Origin: Salinivirgaceae bacterium
Lineage (GTDB): Bacteria > Bacteroidota > Bacteroidia > Bacteroidales > SZUA-534
Assembly: GCA_016284875.1 (NCBI GenBank)
Contig: JAEEPS010000009.1
Span: 287-64,286, forward strand
Reading direction: 5' to 3'
DNA: 64,000 bases
In this document: piece after piece, positions 48,901 to 58,433 of the stretch
How positions within the stretch are numbered: the first letter of the stretch is position 1
How the letters are laid out: every line of letters begins with the position of its first letter
Translations under genes and position numbers: made by a program
Notes under the pieces: generated by a model
Told to the model about the DNA's origin: nothing
What the model saw: the letters and a program-made list of their open reading frames with translations, nothing else
Databases searched by the model: none

Positions 48901-49156
48901 CGCATACGGTACTCAATACATTTTCGACGGTTCGTATGTTCGTCTGAAGAATGTTGAGTTGGCTTATGAATGGCGTGAAGGTCAGTGGATTAAGAATATT
49001 GGTCTGAAATACTTGAAGGTGTTTGTCAATGGCAACAACCTCTGGTTGTGGACTCGCATGCCTGACGACCGTGAAGCCAACTTGGGTGGCGGCGGTTACT
49101 TGGGCGCTTACCCGACTGTAAAGCGTTTCAATGTTGGTCTTAAAATAACTCTCTAA
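45992..49156 (+). CDS. susC: SusC/RagA TonB-dependent transporter (pair 2, XusA-like)
   Basis: VVGYGQQKK, LKDASATAVYGVKGANGVILITTKRG, YNGAYNGSEKFAP. Confidence 0.95.
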   Translation: MRKHRLWKLAVAMLPMMLLSFSVFAQKHQISGKILDEGEMPVPGVNVVIKGTTIGTITGGDGTFSMQAADNDVLVITYIGYTTQEITVKGSGPYNIALQPDMVGLEEVVVVGYGQQKKASVVGAITQTTGATLQRAAGVSNIGAALTGNLPGVITTQDTGQPGEEDAKIVIRGTSSWNGSDPLVLVDGIERSMNSVDITSVESISVLKDASATAVYGVKGANGVILITTKRGEEGKARIDAGFTTTVKRVSKLPNKLDSYDALMARNKTVEMELPVTDKDSWEYITPQSEIEKYRDPDGYTYNELGVKLQNRERYPNVDWQDELFRKQAISYNANLSISGGTKSVRYYGSADYVYEDDLMRLFDNGRGYETGYSYQRINARSNIDFTITKSTVFKMNLAGSLGIKKAPAMNAGDVWQEGQRWAGAYNIAPDVFLPQYSDGAWGYYPQVSNVTNSAQNLALAGMAKKTTNAINTDFILEQRLDFITKGLSARVNMSMDNQFEENNRGVSDAYNDAQEKWINPKTGQVFIRHDIDGDNTGFDWAEQVSWSTNGGSMGNVNRRLYYQAQLNWARDFGAHGITAMGLFSRNKQLYGDGIPSYREDWAFRTTYSYAGRYFFEYNGAYNGSEKFAPENRFAFFNSGAIGWMLSEESFMSFFKENHYIDMLKLRASLGEIGSDNAGSFLYMDEWAYGGKAGMTLDGGGDSIYTFYRMTKLGNKDVHWETVRKFNFGIDYSLLQGLLAGNIEIFRDKRYDVLLNGSDRATPAYFGFDVPVTNMGEVHAKGYEIELRVNKQINRETRVYGNFSITHNENEIIEKDDAPLKPNYQKQEGYAIGQYRTFIDRGFINNIDELYGSPAFETDDRFRLPGSYYIVDFNGDGSIDSKDSAPYGYTSTPQNTYNALVGFQWKGFSCFAQFYGVRNVTRDVVLQSFGQKLNTVYDMGEIWSKENPDADVTPYRWSTAPVSKEGGQFPAYGTQYIFDGSYVRLKNVELAYEWREGQWIKNIGLKYLKVFVNGNNLWLWTRMPDDREANLGGGGYLGAYPTVKRFNVGLKITL

Positions 49157-51120
49157 TGCTTAAGACAATGAAAAAGATACATAATTCAATATTATTTATA
49201 GGTTTGTTGGGGCTGGCTTTGGGCACTGCTTTCACTTCGTGCAAGGATTATCTCGACCGCGAGCCAAACACGACAGTGTCGGCTAGCGATGCTTTCAAAA
49301 ACTTCAACAACTATCAGGGATTTGTTGAGTTGATTATCAACTGTATTCCCGATAAAGAGAAATGTAACTGGTGTCCGTCGTGGAACTGGGGTGATGATGA
49401 GATTTTCAACCCTGAGGCCGACGACCGTATGACTCACCAGGCCGACCTTGGCAACTTCCGTGCATGGAGCCAGACAGGCAACTGGTTGCTTACAGGAGGA
49501 ACCTCTAATGGTAGTGTAACTCAAAACAGTGCACCGAAAAACCACTCTTTGTGGGGACATGCTTGGTTCTGCATTCGTCAAGCCAACATGGCTATTGAGC
49601 ATATCGATGAGATGGACGGAACCGAGGAGGAAAGAAATGTCATACTTGGACAAAGCTATTTCTTCCGTGCATGGTGGCACTTTGAGTTGATGGAATATTT
49701 CGGTGGTCTGCCGTACATCGACAAAGTGCTTGACGCCGGCAACATTGAAAAACTGCCGCGTCTTTCGTTCCAGGAATGTGCTGATCGTTGCGCAAGCGAT
49801 TTCCAACAAGCAGCAGATTATCTTCCATTAAAGTGGGATGATACTCAAGTTGGTAGTGCAACTAAAGGTAAAAACCAGTTGCGTCCAAACAAGATTACCG
49901 CACTTTGCTACAAAGGCAAATGCTTGCTGTGGGCAGGTAGTCCGCTTATGAAGAATGGTGCGCAACTTGGTGCCATTGCAAGCGGCAAGACCTACGAGTA
50001 TGATGAGGATTACTGCAAAAAATCAGCCGAGACTTTTGGTGAAGTTCTGCAGTTGGTTGAAGACGGCGAAACCGAATATGCTCTTGTTCAATTCGATTTC
50101 GACGATATTTATAATCATAAAGCAACAAGCGCAGCAAAAAACAAGTGCTATTCTGACTTGTTCTATACTATGAACCAAGGCTATCGTACTCCAGGCTCAA
50201 CCGAGGCCATCATGCGTGGTCCTTCAAAAGACTGGAACAGTTCGAACTGGAACACCACAAAGGTGTTTGGTCCGAAAGTGGCCGGTTTGGTTGAACACGA
50301 TAACGTAATCCACCAGCCGACAGCCAACTTGGTTGAAATGTACGGAATGGCCAACGGTCTTCCGATTGATGATCCTGCTTCGGGCTTTGATCCTGAGCAT
50401 CCGTTCAACAATCGCGATCCGCGTTTCTATCACGACATTGTTTTTGATGGATTCAAATACATCAATGGTGCCACAACCGACAAAGAGGCTTATCGTTATT
50501 GTGAATTGTTCACAGGCGGTAATATGCGTCCGGTGGCTAATGGTAGCCAGACAGGTTACTTCATTCAAAAACTTGTGCCGCATACTTGCAACGTAATCGA
50601 CAAATCGTACGATTTTGGTAATGGCTTGCACACATATCTTTCGTATATGCGTTTGGCCGATGTTTACTTGATGTATGCCGAGGCTTGTGCGGCTGTTGGT
50701 GGAGCAAAATATAGCGCTTCAACGTTCGACAAGACTGCCGAGCAGGCTGTTAATGTTATCCGCAAACGTTGCGGCGCTGGCAATGTAGGCGCAAAATACG
50801 TTGCTGATGACAAGAAGTTTATGGATGAGGTTCGTCGTGAGCGTGCTGTCGAACTTTCGTTCGAGGGTTTCCGCTTCAACGACTTACAGCGTTGGCTGCT
50901 CCTTACCGAGTATCCGTATAACACCAAGTTCCGTCAGGAGTTTGACAGATTGGAGGATCTTGACTTCTTTAAGAACAACGACCCGCGTGAGGCTAAAGTT
51001 GCCAATTACCGCAAAGAGGTTATCCTGACCCGTAATTTCGGTACAAAACATTATTGGTTCCCATTCCTCGATGCCGATATCTATCTGTATCCTGAATTCA
51101 AGCAGAATCCGGGTTGGTAA
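49156..51120 (+). CDS. susD: RagB/SusD family lipoprotein (pair 2)
   Basis: Lipobox FTSC, GQSYFFRAW, NRDPRF, RLADVYLMYAEA, ERAVELSFEGFRFNDL, QNPGW. Start 49156 or 49168. Confidence 0.93.
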   Translation: MLKTMKKIHNSILFIGLLGLALGTAFTSCKDYLDREPNTTVSASDAFKNFNNYQGFVELIINCIPDKEKCNWCPSWNWGDDEIFNPEADDRMTHQADLGNFRAWSQTGNWLLTGGTSNGSVTQNSAPKNHSLWGHAWFCIRQANMAIEHIDEMDGTEEERNVILGQSYFFRAWWHFELMEYFGGLPYIDKVLDAGNIEKLPRLSFQECADRCASDFQQAADYLPLKWDDTQVGSATKGKNQLRPNKITALCYKGKCLLWAGSPLMKNGAQLGAIASGKTYEYDEDYCKKSAETFGEVLQLVEDGETEYALVQFDFDDIYNHKATSAAKNKCYSDLFYTMNQGYRTPGSTEAIMRGPSKDWNSSNWNTTKVFGPKVAGLVEHDNVIHQPTANLVEMYGMANGLPIDDPASGFDPEHPFNNRDPRFYHDIVFDGFKYINGATTDKEAYRYCELFTGGNMRPVANGSQTGYFIQKLVPHTCNVIDKSYDFGNGLHTYLSYMRLADVYLMYAEACAAVGGAKYSASTFDKTAEQAVNVIRKRCGAGNVGAKYVADDKKFMDEVRRERAVELSFEGFRFNDLQRWLLLTEYPYNTKFRQEFDRLEDLDFFKNNDPREAKVANYRKEVILTRNFGTKHYWFPFLDADIYLYPEFKQNPGW

Positions 51121-51160
51121 TGGTTCCATGAATAATTGTTGAATTAATAAACGATAAAAG

Positions 51161-54055
51161 ATGAAACATAAACATAATATATTAGTCATGAGTGCCGCAT
51201 TGGCCATTGCGCCATTTGCATTGAGTGCCCAGACCGATGCACAGGCAGAGCCGCAAACAGAGGATTCTGTCTATATGGTCAAAACGGCATTCCGCAGCGT
51301 GGCACAAGGCGATCTGCTTGGTGGCGTTTCGTTTGTCAATGTCGAGGAGATGCTCGAAAAGAACTACACCACCTACAGTCTCGACCACATGGAGAGTTTG
51401 GTCAATGGCTGGAATGGCAAATCGCTGTGGGGTATGGATGAGGATAACGGTCAGGGCTATTTGGTTCTTATCGATGGTATTCCTCGTGACGCCAACAATG
51501 TGCAGCCGTCAGAAATTGCACAGATAACCTTTCTGAAAGGCGCCAATGCAGTTGTGCTTTATGGTAGCCGTGCTGCAAAGGGTGCGATACTCATCACAAC
51601 CAAGCGTGGTCAGGCTCGCGAAGGTTTGAAAATCGACATGAATGTGAACGTCGGTCTGGATGTTATTAAAGCACTTCCCGAATATCTTGGTGCCGTTGAT
51701 TACATGAAATGGTACAATCAGGCTCAGAAGAACGACTGGTATGATGAAGAATACGGAGAAGATTATACTGATGAGGATTTGATGTACGAGCCAGATGAGA
51801 TTGAGAAGACGGCAAGCGGAGTCAACCCTTATCGTTATGTTGACATCGACTACTTCTCGTCTGATTATATCAAGAAAGTTAAGAGCCGTAAGGAGGCTGT
51901 TCTTGAATTGTCGGGCGGTAACAAGCGTGCTCGTTTGTATGGCAACATCAACGCCTATTCGCAGAACGACTTTGTTAAGGTGGCTGATGCTAAGAAAACC
52001 CGTATCAACCGTTTGAGCGTTCGTGGTAATGTGGATATCGATTTCAATGACTACATCAGTGGTCATATTGATGCCAACGCAACATTCTACGATTCAAAAC
52101 ACCGTCAGTACAGTAGCAACCCTGGCGATAACATGACTTATTGGAGAATGGCTGCAACAGGTCGTCCGAACTACCCGAACCACGCAGCTCCTCTTATTCC
52201 TCTTGACAAGGTTGCAGAGGATGCAAAAGGTCGTGAACTGGTTGAAAACACAAGCAATATTTTCGATGGCAAGTTCCTAGGCGGAACAAATGCCAACCAA
52301 TCAAATGTGTTCAGTCAGATTTACGCTGGTGGCGAGTTGAAATGGACTAGCCGTCAGTTCCAATTCGATGGCGGATTGAATTTCAATCTTGGCAAACTGG
52401 TTGAAGGACTTTCTCTGAAGACTAATTTCGGAATGGATTTCAAGGCATCGTACAATACACGTTTCGATCCCAAGTATGCAGTGTTTGAACCTGAATGGGG
52501 TGAAGACGATGAGATGATTCACAAAATCACTCAGATTGGTACCGATGAAGTAACAGGAAGCAAGAAGTTGTGGGGAACAAAAGAGACCCGTACAATGGCT
52601 CTCTCGTTCCAATTCGACTATGTTCGCAGTTTTGGCGATCACAATGTATCGGCAATCGTTCTTGGCAATGGTTTCCAACAGACCAAAGATGGTGAGTACC
52701 ACAATACCACCAATGCCAATCTTGGTTTCGATTTGAGTTACAACTTTGCTCACCGCTTCTATATGCAACTCAGTGCAGCTGAAGTTCATTCATCTAAGTT
52801 GGCCGAAGGTCACCGCAACGCGTTGTCACCTTCGTTGACTCTTGGTTGGAATTTGGCACGTGAGTCATTCCTCGATGGTTCAATCTTCGACGACTTGTTG
52901 ATTTCGGCTTCAGTTAGCCAATTGAACGAGGATATTGATATTAACAAATATTACTTGTATAACGGTTCGTGGGACAAGAACACATGGGGCTTTGGTTGGG
53001 CCGATGGTAAGAGCACAACAACAATTACTCCGACCCGTGGTGAGAACGCAAAACTTGAGATGATTAAACGCAAAGAGTTCTCAGCTAGTGTTAAAGCATC
53101 TTTGTTAGATCGTTTTGTTACAACAGAATTCACATTCTTCAAGAACCGTTGGGAAGGCTACTTGGTTAATACAACTGAGGATTGGCCGAGCCACATGCAA
53201 AAGTTCATCCCTTACTTGAACAACGATGTTAACAGCCGTTATGGTTTTGATTTCGCAGCTAACTTCAATAAGGAGGTCAATGAAGATTTGGGCGTATCGT
53301 TTGGCGTTGTTGGAACATACTACGATACTAAAGTGGTTAAACGCGAGCAGTCAACTCTCGACCGTGTGAATCAAAGTCAACTCGACCGCGAAGGCAAACC
53401 TATCGATGCAATTTGGGGATACAAGAGTATTGGTATCTTCCAGAGTATTGAGGAAATCGAAGATTCTCCAGAGCAGAAGATTGGTAACACCGTTCGCCCG
53501 GGCGACCTTAAGTATGCCGATTTGAGCAACAACGGTGTTGGTGACACACTTATCAATGCCAATGATATGGTTTATTTGGGCAAGGACGGTCGTTTTGGTT
53601 CTCCATTCACATTGGGTGTCAATCTGACAGTTAAGTACAAAAATTTCACTTTCTATGCTTTAGGATCAGCCAAGGCTGGTGCATACGGAAAGAAAAACAA
53701 CTCTTACTATCAGCCAAAGGGTGACGACAAGTATTCAGTATTAGTTAAGGACACTTGGACAGCAGAAAATCCAAATGCGAAATATCCTGCACTTACAACA
53801 TCAAATGGTGCTAACAACTATGCTGAGTCTGACTTCTGGTTGTATAAGGACAATGCTTTCAAATTGACTAAGATACAGATAACCTACGATCTTCCGCAAG
53901 AAATGCTTGGTGACAGTTTTGTGAAAGGTGTCAGCGCATTTGTGAGCGGCAAAGACTTGCTTACTATTTCGAAAGAGCGCAAGGTGATGGAGACTTCAAT
54001 TGCAAGCGATCCTCAAACACGTTTCTTCCAGGTCGGTGTGAAAGCAACTTTCTAA
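51161..54055 (+). CDS. susC: SusC-like TonB-dependent transporter lacking the N-terminal extension domain (pair 3, XusC-like)
   Basis: LKGANAVVLYGSRAAKGAILITTKRG plug motif, RPGDLKYAD, YPALTT, C-terminal KATF. Confidence 0.9.
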   Translation: MKHKHNILVMSAALAIAPFALSAQTDAQAEPQTEDSVYMVKTAFRSVAQGDLLGGVSFVNVEEMLEKNYTTYSLDHMESLVNGWNGKSLWGMDEDNGQGYLVLIDGIPRDANNVQPSEIAQITFLKGANAVVLYGSRAAKGAILITTKRGQAREGLKIDMNVNVGLDVIKALPEYLGAVDYMKWYNQAQKNDWYDEEYGEDYTDEDLMYEPDEIEKTASGVNPYRYVDIDYFSSDYIKKVKSRKEAVLELSGGNKRARLYGNINAYSQNDFVKVADAKKTRINRLSVRGNVDIDFNDYISGHIDANATFYDSKHRQYSSNPGDNMTYWRMAATGRPNYPNHAAPLIPLDKVAEDAKGRELVENTSNIFDGKFLGGTNANQSNVFSQIYAGGELKWTSRQFQFDGGLNFNLGKLVEGLSLKTNFGMDFKASYNTRFDPKYAVFEPEWGEDDEMIHKITQIGTDEVTGSKKLWGTKETRTMALSFQFDYVRSFGDHNVSAIVLGNGFQQTKDGEYHNTTNANLGFDLSYNFAHRFYMQLSAAEVHSSKLAEGHRNALSPSLTLGWNLARESFLDGSIFDDLLISASVSQLNEDIDINKYYLYNGSWDKNTWGFGWADGKSTTTITPTRGENAKLEMIKRKEFSASVKASLLDRFVTTEFTFFKNRWEGYLVNTTEDWPSHMQKFIPYLNNDVNSRYGFDFAANFNKEVNEDLGVSFGVVGTYYDTKVVKREQSTLDRVNQSQLDREGKPIDAIWGYKSIGIFQSIEEIEDSPEQKIGNTVRPGDLKYADLSNNGVGDTLINANDMVYLGKDGRFGSPFTLGVNLTVKYKNFTFYALGSAKAGAYGKKNNSYYQPKGDDKYSVLVKDTWTAENPNAKYPALTTSNGANNYAESDFWLYKDNAFKLTKIQITYDLPQEMLGDSFVKGVSAFVSGKDLLTISKERKVMETSIASDPQTRFFQVGVKATF

Positions 54056-54080
54056 TGTCTGATTTAATACGAATTGAGAT

Positions 54081-55937
54081 ATGAAATTGAATAGAATAAT
54101 AAAATTAGCGGTTCTGATTCCCGTTGTTGTCGCTTGCGACGATATGTTTGAGCCGGGTATCGAGAACAATCAGGATTTTGAAACGTTGACTAAGATTCCG
54201 CAAAATGCAGCAGGCTTGGCAATGCACGGATATGCAAACTTGCCATATCAAGGTGGTTCTGCGGGCAGTTTCAACGACGTTGCTACCGATGATGCAGTTT
54301 CCAATGATTATGGAAATGCATATCTTAAAGTGGGCAATGGTTTGTGGAGTTCAAAGCAAGGTGGTATAAACCCATTCAACCAATGGACTGACCGTCGCAC
54401 AAACCTTCAGTATGTCAACCGTTTTCTCGAGGAAATGGATAATTTCAAATGGGCAGGTAAAGATGTGGTTAATGAAATGTTCAAAGACCAAATCAAAGGA
54501 GAGGCTCTTGCGCTCCGTGGCTTGCAAATGTTCTTCTTCCTGCGTGCCCATGCAGGTTATTCAGGTGGCGAATTACTAGGTGTACCTTGCCTTACTCGTT
54601 CTGAAACAGCAGGCGACGATTTCAATGTGGGACGTTCTTCATTTGAAGATTGCATCAATCAAATATTTAAGGATTTGGAAGATGCTAAAGAATTCTTGCC
54701 GTTTGATTATGTAAACATTAAAGATGCCGATATACCTCAGAAGTATAAAGAAATCGGAGTTGACAATGCAGAAGACTACAACCGCGTGTTTGGTGAAAGC
54801 AAGATGGGACGTATGTCGGGCAGAATTGTCGCAGCCATTGAGGCTCAGGTTGCTATTTATGCTGCCAGTCCGGCATATTCTGACCACTCTGGTGTTACGT
54901 GGGAAGACGCAGCCCAAAGAGCTGCCGATTTGCTTAACACTATTGGCGGTGTCAGCGGTATTGATCCTAATGGCAACCATTGGTATAACAATATTGATGA
55001 GATTCGCGATGTTCGCGGTGGACGTGTGCCGGCCGAGATTATTTGGCGTGACAATGTGAGTGAGACTAATGGTCTTGAAACAGATTGCTATCCTGCTTCT
55101 TTGTTTGGCAAGGCACTCATCAACCCAACACAGAATCTTGTTGATGCCTTCCCAATGGCTAATGGCTATCCTATTTCTGATGCTGCTAGTGGTTACGATC
55201 CTCAGAACCCATATGAAGACCGTGATCCGCGTTTCGATTTGTACATTGTTCATGATGGTTCTGATTTCGGTCCATACAGAACAACAAAAGCACAAAAGAA
55301 CACTGACTTGATTAACACAACAGTTGACGACAAGAATAACCAAGATGGCTTGGATGCTGAAAAAGGTGGAGCACCTACACGTACTGGCTATTTCATGCGT
55401 AAACTGCTCAACGAGGATTGTATCATCAAGATGAAGGATGGTGGTAGCGGTATTAGTGCTCAGCACAAATATAACGCACGTATCCGCTACACCGAGATTT
55501 TCCTCGATTATGCTGAGGCTGCAAATGAGGCTTATGGTCCTAAAGGAACTGCTTCTGGTGCATCTTATAGTGCATACGATGTGATTAAAGCAATTCGAGA
55601 GAGAGGTGGAATCACCGACACAAAATACTTGGATGAATGTGCAGGTGACAAAGACAAAATGCGCGATCTTATCCGCAACGAGCGCCGTATTGAACTCTGC
55701 TTCGAGGGCCACCGTTTCTGGGATTTGCGCCGTTGGAAAGTTGATTTGTCTAAGCTTAACGAGACCGTTATGGCTATGGAAATCAAAACTGTTAACGGAA
55801 AGAAAACCTATACTCCGGTTCCTGTTAAAAAGGAAACTCGCGACTATGACGAGTGTATGTATTATGGTCCGGTTCCTGAGTCGGAACTCAACAAGTGGTC
55901 GGCTTTGAAACAGAACGATGGTTGGGAAAGATACTAA
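54081..55937 (+). CDS. susD: RagB/SusD family lipoprotein (pair 3)
   Basis: Lipobox VVAC, GEALALRG, DRDPRF, RYTEIFLDYAEA, ERRIELCFEGHRFWDLRRW, QNDGW. Confidence 0.93.
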   Translation: MKLNRIIKLAVLIPVVVACDDMFEPGIENNQDFETLTKIPQNAAGLAMHGYANLPYQGGSAGSFNDVATDDAVSNDYGNAYLKVGNGLWSSKQGGINPFNQWTDRRTNLQYVNRFLEEMDNFKWAGKDVVNEMFKDQIKGEALALRGLQMFFFLRAHAGYSGGELLGVPCLTRSETAGDDFNVGRSSFEDCINQIFKDLEDAKEFLPFDYVNIKDADIPQKYKEIGVDNAEDYNRVFGESKMGRMSGRIVAAIEAQVAIYAASPAYSDHSGVTWEDAAQRAADLLNTIGGVSGIDPNGNHWYNNIDEIRDVRGGRVPAEIIWRDNVSETNGLETDCYPASLFGKALINPTQNLVDAFPMANGYPISDAASGYDPQNPYEDRDPRFDLYIVHDGSDFGPYRTTKAQKNTDLINTTVDDKNNQDGLDAEKGGAPTRTGYFMRKLLNEDCIIKMKDGGSGISAQHKYNARIRYTEIFLDYAEAANEAYGPKGTASGASYSAYDVIKAIRERGGITDTKYLDECAGDKDKMRDLIRNERRIELCFEGHRFWDLRRWKVDLSKLNETVMAMEIKTVNGKKTYTPVPVKKETRDYDECMYYGPVPESELNKWSALKQNDGWERY

Positions 55938-55952
55938 TCTTTAATTGTTAAT

Positions 55953-57542
55953 ATGATGAAAATGAATAGAATATTATCGGTTTTATCAGTAGGCGCCATC
56001 GCTGTGGCTTTTGCCTCGTGCAAAAACAGCGAGCAGAACTTCCCCGATTTCGATGGTGGAACCACAGCCTACTTTGCTTACCAGTACCCAATCCGTACAA
56101 TGATTTTGGGTAATGTTGAGACATACGACAACACCAGCGACAACGAGGGTAGATTTACAATTTACGCAACATGCGGTGGATCGTACGAAGGATTGAATGC
56201 CAAGATTGATGTCAGCGTTGATGAGTCGCTCACTCAGAACTTGTATTTCGAAGATGGCACAGAGGTTAAACCTATGCCGAAGGACTACTATGATATAGAA
56301 GAAGGTCCACTTGATTATGCAGGAGGTTTCCGCGGTGGTGTTGAGGTGAAACTTAACGAGAAATTCTTCAACGATCCTCTGTCGGTTAAGAACACTTACG
56401 TTATTCCGGTAGTGATGGGTGAGAACTTCTCGGGTGTTGACCAAATCAATCGTGGCACGCCAATTGTTGATGGTTCATCGCCACTGCGTCAAGATCCAAC
56501 CAAATGGGATCCATCACCGAAAGATTTCACCTTGTTCTGCGTGAACTACATCAACGAGTACACAGCAACTTATCTTCGTCGTGGTAAGGATAATTTTGAC
56601 AAGATGAAATTCAAAGAAGTTACCGAGACGATAACTGGTCCTGATATGTGTATTGTTGCTCATGCAAGTCCTAAACAATCTCAGGTTTGGGACAACCAGT
56701 TCTGGATTGATGCTGTTAATCCCTTTGCTGATGGTGATGAAGTTACATTGACAATGGAAGTTAAAGCAACTAAAGAGGCAAAATCCTCTGCTCAGGTCCA
56801 TGAGGCTCCGGGTTCTTATAAAGGTGAATTTGGAAGTATAAATTTCACAACAGATTGGAAAAGCGTTACGTTAACGGGTAAAATCTCTGGAGCCAATGTT
56901 GGTGGACACTCTATTGCATTCAACCTTAGTGAGTTCGCTGATTCAAACGATTATTATTTCGATAATGTTAGTTTGAAAGTTAATGGAACAGAAACAATTA
57001 CGAATACACGTTGCGACGACGTTGAAAGTGCCAACTACTACACTAAAGTTTTGAGCAGTGGTGGTGCAACTGTTCCTAGCACGTTTGAAAAGAATGGTGA
57101 TAAAACACAAACTGTCACAAATACTTACGAAGTTCCTGATGGTTACTCAAAAGTCGACGTAAGCCGTCATACAGCATTTGTCGAGAGTGACGAGGTTGTT
57201 TATACTACTTCTAAATCGAGAAACCAGATTATTCTGCCTATATCTACAACAGAAGTGGCCGGTGTTCCAACTGCTTGTGAATTGGTTCTCACATTTGATG
57301 GTGATGATTGCACAGTTGCTTCGAACAACGAGGCATTATGCAAAGCATCAGGATCAGGTAAATATGTGAAAAATGGTGCACCGCTTGCATGGGGTAACAA
57401 AGACCGCGACGTGCTTTACCTTGATTACACTATCGATTTTGATGGTGGCAAGGTTCACTATGCAACTCAGGACACACTCGTTTGGCGCGATCGTGGTTCG
57501 GCTGCAGCAATACAGACTTATAAACCTGTTTACAAAGAGTAA
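55953..57542 (+). CDS. SusE-position surface lipoprotein (DUF1735/DUF5627-like) with CBM4-like insertion
   Basis: Lipobox FASC, YFAYQYPIRT, YVIPV, YLRRGKD, WGNKDRDVLYLDY, DTLVWRDRG; internal WDNQFWI...FTTDW...IAFNL...YYFDNV segment. Confidence 0.8.
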   Translation: MMKMNRILSVLSVGAIAVAFASCKNSEQNFPDFDGGTTAYFAYQYPIRTMILGNVETYDNTSDNEGRFTIYATCGGSYEGLNAKIDVSVDESLTQNLYFEDGTEVKPMPKDYYDIEEGPLDYAGGFRGGVEVKLNEKFFNDPLSVKNTYVIPVVMGENFSGVDQINRGTPIVDGSSPLRQDPTKWDPSPKDFTLFCVNYINEYTATYLRRGKDNFDKMKFKEVTETITGPDMCIVAHASPKQSQVWDNQFWIDAVNPFADGDEVTLTMEVKATKEAKSSAQVHEAPGSYKGEFGSINFTTDWKSVTLTGKISGANVGGHSIAFNLSEFADSNDYYFDNVSLKVNGTETITNTRCDDVESANYYTKVLSSGGATVPSTFEKNGDKTQTVTNTYEVPDGYSKVDVSRHTAFVESDEVVYTTSKSRNQIILPISTTEVAGVPTACELVLTFDGDDCTVASNNEALCKASGSGKYVKNGAPLAWGNKDRDVLYLDYTIDFDGGKVHYATQDTLVWRDRGSAAAIQTYKPVYKE

Positions 57543-57560
57543 TAGTTAAGGCGTTATAAC

Positions 57561-57594
57561 AAAAAAGGTCTTGAGATTTCTCAAGGCCTTTTTT
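57561..57594 (+). terminator. Intrinsic terminator ending the PUL
   Basis: aaaaaaggtcttgag-attt-ctcaaggcctttttt hairpin. Confidence 0.88.
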
Positions 57595-57646
57595 GTTGTT
57601 TGTATGCATAGCCTAAAAACCTATTTTTGCATAAAAACTGAACAAA

Positions 57647-58309
57647 ATGGAAGTAACGATAGAGCAATCGTGGAAGGAGCGCTTGCAAGGCGAGTTCGAT
57701 AAGCAGTATTTTAAGGATTTGACTGATTATGTGCGAAATGAGTATCGCACTGGTGTCGTTTATCCACCGGGGAAGTTGATTTTCAATGCGTTCAACCTTT
57801 GTCCGTTCGATAATGTCAAGGTGGTGATTATCGGGCAGGACCCGTATCACGGGCCAGGGCAGGCTCACGGTTTGTGCTTCTCAGTGCAGGACGGTGTTGA
57901 TTATCCGCCTTCGTTGCGCAATATTTTCAAGGAGATACAGAGCGATATCGGCACACCAGTCCCCGCATCGGGCGACCTGACTCGGTGGGCGAAGCAAGGT
58001 GTGCTGCTGCTGAACGCAACGCTTACGGTTAGAGCCAATATTGCCGGTTCGCACCAGCGGCGTGGGTGGGAAACGTTTACCGATGCTGTCATCAATGCCG
58101 TGGCCACTGAAAAGCAGAATGTGGTTTACATCTTGTGGGGCTCGTATGCTCAGCAGAAGGCCGCAATGGTCGACCGCGCGAATAATCTGGTGCTTGAATC
58201 AGTTCACCCGTCGCCGCTGTCGGCTTCGCGTGGATTTTTCGGCAACCACCATTTCAGCCGTGCAAATCAGTATCTGATTGAGCACGGAAAGGCGCCAATT
58301 GAATGGTAA
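57647..58309 (+). CDS. ung: Uracil-DNA glycosylase (family 1)
   Basis: GQDPYH, PPSLRNI, GVLLLN, HPSPLS motifs; TATTTTTG box at 57622-57629. Confidence 0.98.
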   Translation: MEVTIEQSWKERLQGEFDKQYFKDLTDYVRNEYRTGVVYPPGKLIFNAFNLCPFDNVKVVIIGQDPYHGPGQAHGLCFSVQDGVDYPPSLRNIFKEIQSDIGTPVPASGDLTRWAKQGVLLLNATLTVRANIAGSHQRRGWETFTDAVINAVATEKQNVVYILWGSYAQQKAAMVDRANNLVLESVHPSPLSASRGFFGNHHFSRANQYLIEHGKAPIEW

Positions 58310-58314
58310 AAAAC

Positions 58315-58399
58315 TGGTGAATTGTTGAATCGGATAATCGGTGAATTGAATGGGTTAGAAGTTTAGAGTTAAGAAGTTTAGATATCTCAACTTCTTAAC
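58315..58399. repeat. Intergenic degenerate 8-mer repeats with hairpin
   Basis: tggtgaat/tgttgaat/cggataat/cggtgaat units, then agaagttt-type units and an 11-bp inverted repeat at 58368-58378/58389-58399. Confidence 0.6.
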
Positions 58400-58433
58400 A
58401 GCGAAGCGTCTCAAACTCTTATATTTTTATTCA

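Noticed and set aside
47906-48916. Long antisense ORFs (336 aa here; also 54639-55712, 10210-11016, 6441-7157)
   Set aside because: They shadow well-supported genes with strong codon bias and contain no motifs.
58315-58399. Possible CRISPR or mini-array
   Set aside because: Units are 8 nt and degenerate, with no unique spacers and no cas genes.
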